Positions 61,700 to 64,000 of a stretch of DNA of 64,000 nucleotides are shown one piece after another. Below the pieces are notes generated by a model that saw only the letters and a program-made list of their open reading frames with translations, was not told the DNA's origin and did no database searches. Made by a program: the position numbers and the translations under genes. Position 1 is the first letter of the stretch; every line of letters begins with the position of its first letter. The stretch is from Azolla caroliniana (lineage: Eukaryota > Plantae > Polypodiophyta), in NCBI GenBank assembly GCA_043228905.1, contig JBHGNT010000006.1, forward strand, positions 18,166,001-18,230,000, in the 5' to 3' direction.

Positions 61700-64000
61700 G
61701 TCCAGCCAAAATAGGAGCCGTTTGGTTGGACAGCCCTAGATCTGTGCAGCCCATTAGTGGTTCCATTCCCTCTAAGCAAGTTAGTGATGTGTTCGTAGTC
61801 CAAGTAGCAGTTAGTACTAAAAGTACCCCTCCAGTACATACCTTAGCCCTTCTAGATTCTGGAGCTAATTCTTGCTTCATGGATAGGAATTTTGCCCGAG
61901 CTCATCAGATATCTCTCAGAAAGCTCCCATGTCCAGCCTCAGTAGTAGTCATTGATGGTCGTCCCATTGCTTCTGGTAATATCATAGAAGAGTCGGAACC
62001 CGTTAATATTGTCCTAGATAACTTAACATGTGTAGTATCATTTAATATTATTAGTATTCCAGAACATCCCATAGTTTTAGGATTACCATGGTTCGAGTTA
62101 CATGACCCAGACATAGATTGGAGGACAAGGGAAATCCGGTTGCGACAAACCCAAGGATCTACCCAGAAGGTTGCAACCATTTCGCTACGCCAGTTGCGTG
62201 AGGAAGGGCGCAAGGAGGAAATGTTTCTCTTTGCAATATCAGTACAACCCTCCAGCACCACCAAAGAGGAGTCCACCGTTCAACTTCCCGAGAAGTATCG
62301 TCAGTATGCTGATGTGTTCGATAAAGTACAAGCCAACACACTTCCGCATCATCGGCCGTACGACTGCGCCATCGACTTACAACCGGGAAAAGAGCCGCCA
62401 TGGGGGCCGATCTACAATTTGTCACCAACCGAGCTAGAAGTCCTTCGAGCCTATATAGAGGAGAATTTGGAGAACGGTTTCATTCGGCATTCGAAATCTC
62501 CAGCCGGCGCACCCATTTTCTTCGTCAAGAAAAAAGATGGCTCGCTTCGACTCGTTGTAGATTACCGTGGCTTGAATAAGGTCACAGTAAGAAATAGGTA
62601 TGCTCTTCCCCTTATCTCAAGTCTTTTAGAACGGATCAACGGTGCCAGGTTCTTCACGAAGATCGACTTACGAGGAGCCTATAACCTCGTACGGATCCGA
62701 CCAGGAGATGAATGGAAGACCGCGTTTCGCACCAGATATGGGCACTTCGAGTATACGGTCATGCCGTTCGGACTCACTAATGCGCCGGCAGTCTTCCAGC
62801 ACATGGCGAATGATATATTTCGAGATCTCTTGGATGATTTTTTGATCATCTATTTGGATGATCTACTGGTTTATTCAAAGACCCAAGAAGAACATGATTC
62901 TCATGTACTATTAGTACTAAAACGACTTCGAGAACATGGTCTGTATGCAAAGTTAGAGAAATGTAGTTTCGGGTGCAACCAAGTGGAGTTTCTCGGCTAT
63001 GTCATCTCCTCAGAAGGCATATCTATGGATCCAGCCAAGGTCAAAACGGTGATAGAATGGCACACTCCGCGTTCGGTGCGGGATGTGCAATGCTTCCTAG
63101 GCTTTGCAAATTTCTACCGGAAGTTCATACAAAATTACTCAAAAATTGTGCTGCCTCTCACACAGCTCACCAGGAAGGGACAATCATTCATTTGGTCTAA
63201 AGAGACGGACATGGCTTTCGAGAGTCTTAAGAAGGCGTTTACATCAGCTCCAATTTTAGGTCATGTGGATCCGGAAAAACCATTCATTATCGAAGCTGAT
63301 GCATCGGATTTCGCATTGGGGAGCATTCTGTCACAACAGGGTAACGACGAGAAGCTACATCCTGTGGCTTTCCACTCCCGTAAGTTTGACGCCGCCGAAA
63401 TCAACTACGAAATTCATGATAAAGAGCTATTAGCAATAGTTGATTCTTTTATGCAATGGAGGCATTTCCTAGAGGGATCTCCTCATCAGGTCACTGTATT
63501 CAGTGACCACAAGAACCTTGCCTACTTTCAAGATGCTCGTGTACTGAATCGACGTCAAGCTCGGTGGGCCCACTTCCTCACACGCTTCGACTTCAAAATT
63601 ACATATCGTCCGGGGAAGCACCAAGGGAAGGCAGATGCATTATCACGGCGTTCGTATCTAACACCACGTCCCGGTGAGCCAGCTTTCGATAACCAGAAGC
63701 AAGTAATCTTGGGTCCAGCACGACTGCAAGCAGCACAGATCTTTGACATGCCCGTGGATTCCGACATTACCAATACTATACGTGAGGACTTGAAGACTGA
63801 CGCTTTCGCCCAAGCTATACTAGCACAAATTGACCCCTCTCGAGCGTCATGTTCACAATCACAATCACCAGGTACGGATTATCGGCAATTCAAATACTGT
63901 GATGGATTACTCTTCTTTAAAGAACTTTTGTATGTTCCTAATGGTTCTTGCCGCCTTCGAGTAGTACAAAACTGCCATGACACATATACAGCAGGACATT
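61672..64000 (+). CDS. pol: Pol (protease, RT, RNase H, start of integrase) in the -1 frame relative to gag; open to the window end
   Basis: Manual translation found no stop codon: ALLDSGA, LVVDYRGLN, YLDD, EADASDFALG, YEIHDKELL, DHKNL, KADALSR, HDTYTAGH. Absent from the ORF track, presumably because no stop lies in the window. Confidence 0.92.
61687..61731 (+). promoter_or_regulatory. -1 programmed ribosomal frameshift signal
   Basis: G-TTA-AAC in the gag frame, 6-nt spacer, 11-bp stem GTCCAGCCAAA/TTTGGTTGGAC. Confidence 0.75.

Larger units (their letters stand above)
59987..64000 (+). mobile_element. Apparently intact Tcn1-like chromovirus G (5' LTR 59987-60441); runs off the window
   Basis: TGTCA...TGACA LTR; TATAAAA at ~60163; open gag and pol. 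Confidence 0.92.

Overview
This is eukaryotic, plant-type heterochromatin with no recognisable host gene. The element mix (Tcn1-like chromoviruses plus non-chromovirus Gypsy elements) suggests a moss or other bryophyte, which is an inference. About 90% of the window is nested LTR retrotransposons. Six elements have both LTRs and 5-bp target-site duplications (TSDs): a Gypsy at 4507-15969 and Copias at 21603-26716, 28076-32702, 35210-40275, 40466-46036 and 47082-52163. There are also truncated elements, solo LTRs, a small LINE fragment and a ~37-bp palindromic tandem array. Almost everything from 0.5 to 56.4 kb is on the minus strand and decayed. One young Tcn1-like chromovirus (59987 to the window end) has open gag and pol frames, a -1 frameshift cassette and a Tf1-type self-priming site. 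Two observations stand out. First, a Gypsy element has a second, inverted tRNA primer-binding site (PBS) exactly where the polypurine tract (PPT) should be, which may mean tRNA-primed second-strand synthesis. Second, tRNA-like Pol III A-box/B-box modules sit antisense in the U3 region of LTRs from unrelated Gypsy families. All calls were made by eye; no database searches were run.
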